This document shows, piece after piece, positions 18,350 through 19,253 of a DNA stretch of 19,253 nt; positions within the stretch are counted from its first letter, which is position 1; each line of letters starts with the position of its first letter. The stretch is from Octopus sinensis. Taxonomy: Eukaryota. The stretch is from positions 1 to 19,253 of the forward strand of contig NW_021824192.1 in assembly GCF_006345805.1 (NCBI RefSeq), read 5' to 3'. A program made the translations under genes and the position numbers. Below the pieces are notes generated by a model that made no database searches, was not told the DNA's origin, and was given only the letters and a program-made list of their open reading frames with translations.

Positions 18350-19170
18350 CCCTGTTGCTGTTGTTGAAATTCAAATGTTGGTGCTCTGGATCTGGATAGA
18401 AACCGGCTCTTTCTGTATTGGTAAGAAATCTTGAAATAAAACTGAATAATGATATACACACATACATGCATACATAAATACATACATAGAAACTTACATG
18501 CATACATGCATACATGCATAGATACATCCATTCATACATACCTACATACGTATATATGTAGGTATGTATACCCAGACAATAAATTCACGTTTATATCTAT
18601 AATTATTTATACTTTCCGTTTTGTAGATAATTGCCTAAGTGCCAACCTGGAAAAGCTAGTTTTCTCCAAGAGAAATCAAAGAGCAAACACACAAATTGCA
18701 AATACCATAAGTGAAGCAGTAAAAAATGTATACATTTTTTTCTAAAGTTCAAGATGTGTCATAGTGTTTATCTACATCCTAACGATAGACTTTTCTATCA
18801 TTTAAGAAACCTCATGCATACAAACATCCATACATACGTATATACATAGATGCATAGATACATATGTGTGTATGCTTACATATATCTTGGAATAAAACTG
18901 AACAATGGCATTCACACGTACCCGGTTGCTGTTCAAATTCCAATGAAGGAGCCTTGGATATAAGTTAGAAACCGGTTCTTTCTCTATTGGCAAGGCATCT
19001 TGAAATAATACTGAATAATGACATGCACACATACATACCCTGTTGATGTTGTCAAAATTCCAGTGAAGGAGCCTTGGACCTAGGGTAGACAACAGCTCTT
19101 TCTCTATTGGCAAGAAATCTTGAAATAAAATTCAACAATGACATACATACATACATACATACATACATAC
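18350..19170 (+). repeat. ~103-bp unit embedded in (CATA)n: copies at 18350-18452, 18920-19021 and 19037-19141, plus a 3' stub at 18884-18909
   Basis: All share ACCC..TTG.TGTT..AAATTC..TG...G...TGGA...TAGA....GG.TCTTTCT.TATTGG.AAG..ATCTTGAAATAA.A.T.AA.AATGAC, followed by CATA repeats. Confidence 0.9.
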
Positions 19171-19179
19171 TTTCGTGCT

Positions 19180-19253
19180 CATAAAATAAGTATCAGTTGA
19201 ATACTGGAGTTGATTTAATCTGTTTACCCCTCCCCAAGAACTGCTGGTCATGA
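19180..19253 (+). mobile_element. Family B SINE 3' fragment (tail B), running off the window
   Basis: ATAAAATAAGTATCAGTTGAATACTGGAGTTGATTTAATC...CCCCTCCCCAAG. Confidence 0.6.

Noticed and set aside
305-19113. Most ORFs in the six-frame track
   Set aside because: They translate microsatellites (poly-HT, YI, N, I, L, CV, MYVC) or SINE bodies. Only 9568-9774 corresponds to a real, decayed coding remnant.
18350-19141. CRISPR-like repeat/spacer array
   Set aside because: Units are ~100 bp, diverged and separated by microsatellite rather than unique spacers. The context is eukaryotic with no cas genes.

Overview
AT-rich, repeat-saturated eukaryotic non-coding DNA (intron or intergenic). The repeat families resemble those I recall from octopus (coleoid cephalopod) genomes; this taxon call is an inference, not a database result. 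No protein-coding gene can be called with confidence, and nearly all listed ORFs are microsatellite or SINE read-throughs. The window holds about 10 copies or fragments of a tRNA-headed CORE SINE with an internal (TA)n/(TG)n tract (family A) and about 10 of a tRNA-headed Meta/MESC-domain SINE with two alternative tails (family B). It also holds several other SINEs, a decayed Tx1/L1-type LINE 3' end, two decayed R4/Dong-type endonuclease fragments with a same-orientation cluster of (AAT)n-tailed 3' ends, a ~103-bp unit embedded in (CATA)n, and many compound microsatellites. The most unusual structures are a ~480-bp near-perfect foldback with a displaced templated insert (13.7-14.3 kb), retroelement ends tied to specific microsatellites, tandem SINE multimers, domain sharing between SINE families, and a Penelope-type hammerhead-like motif. 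All alignments were done by eye, so boundaries are approximate.
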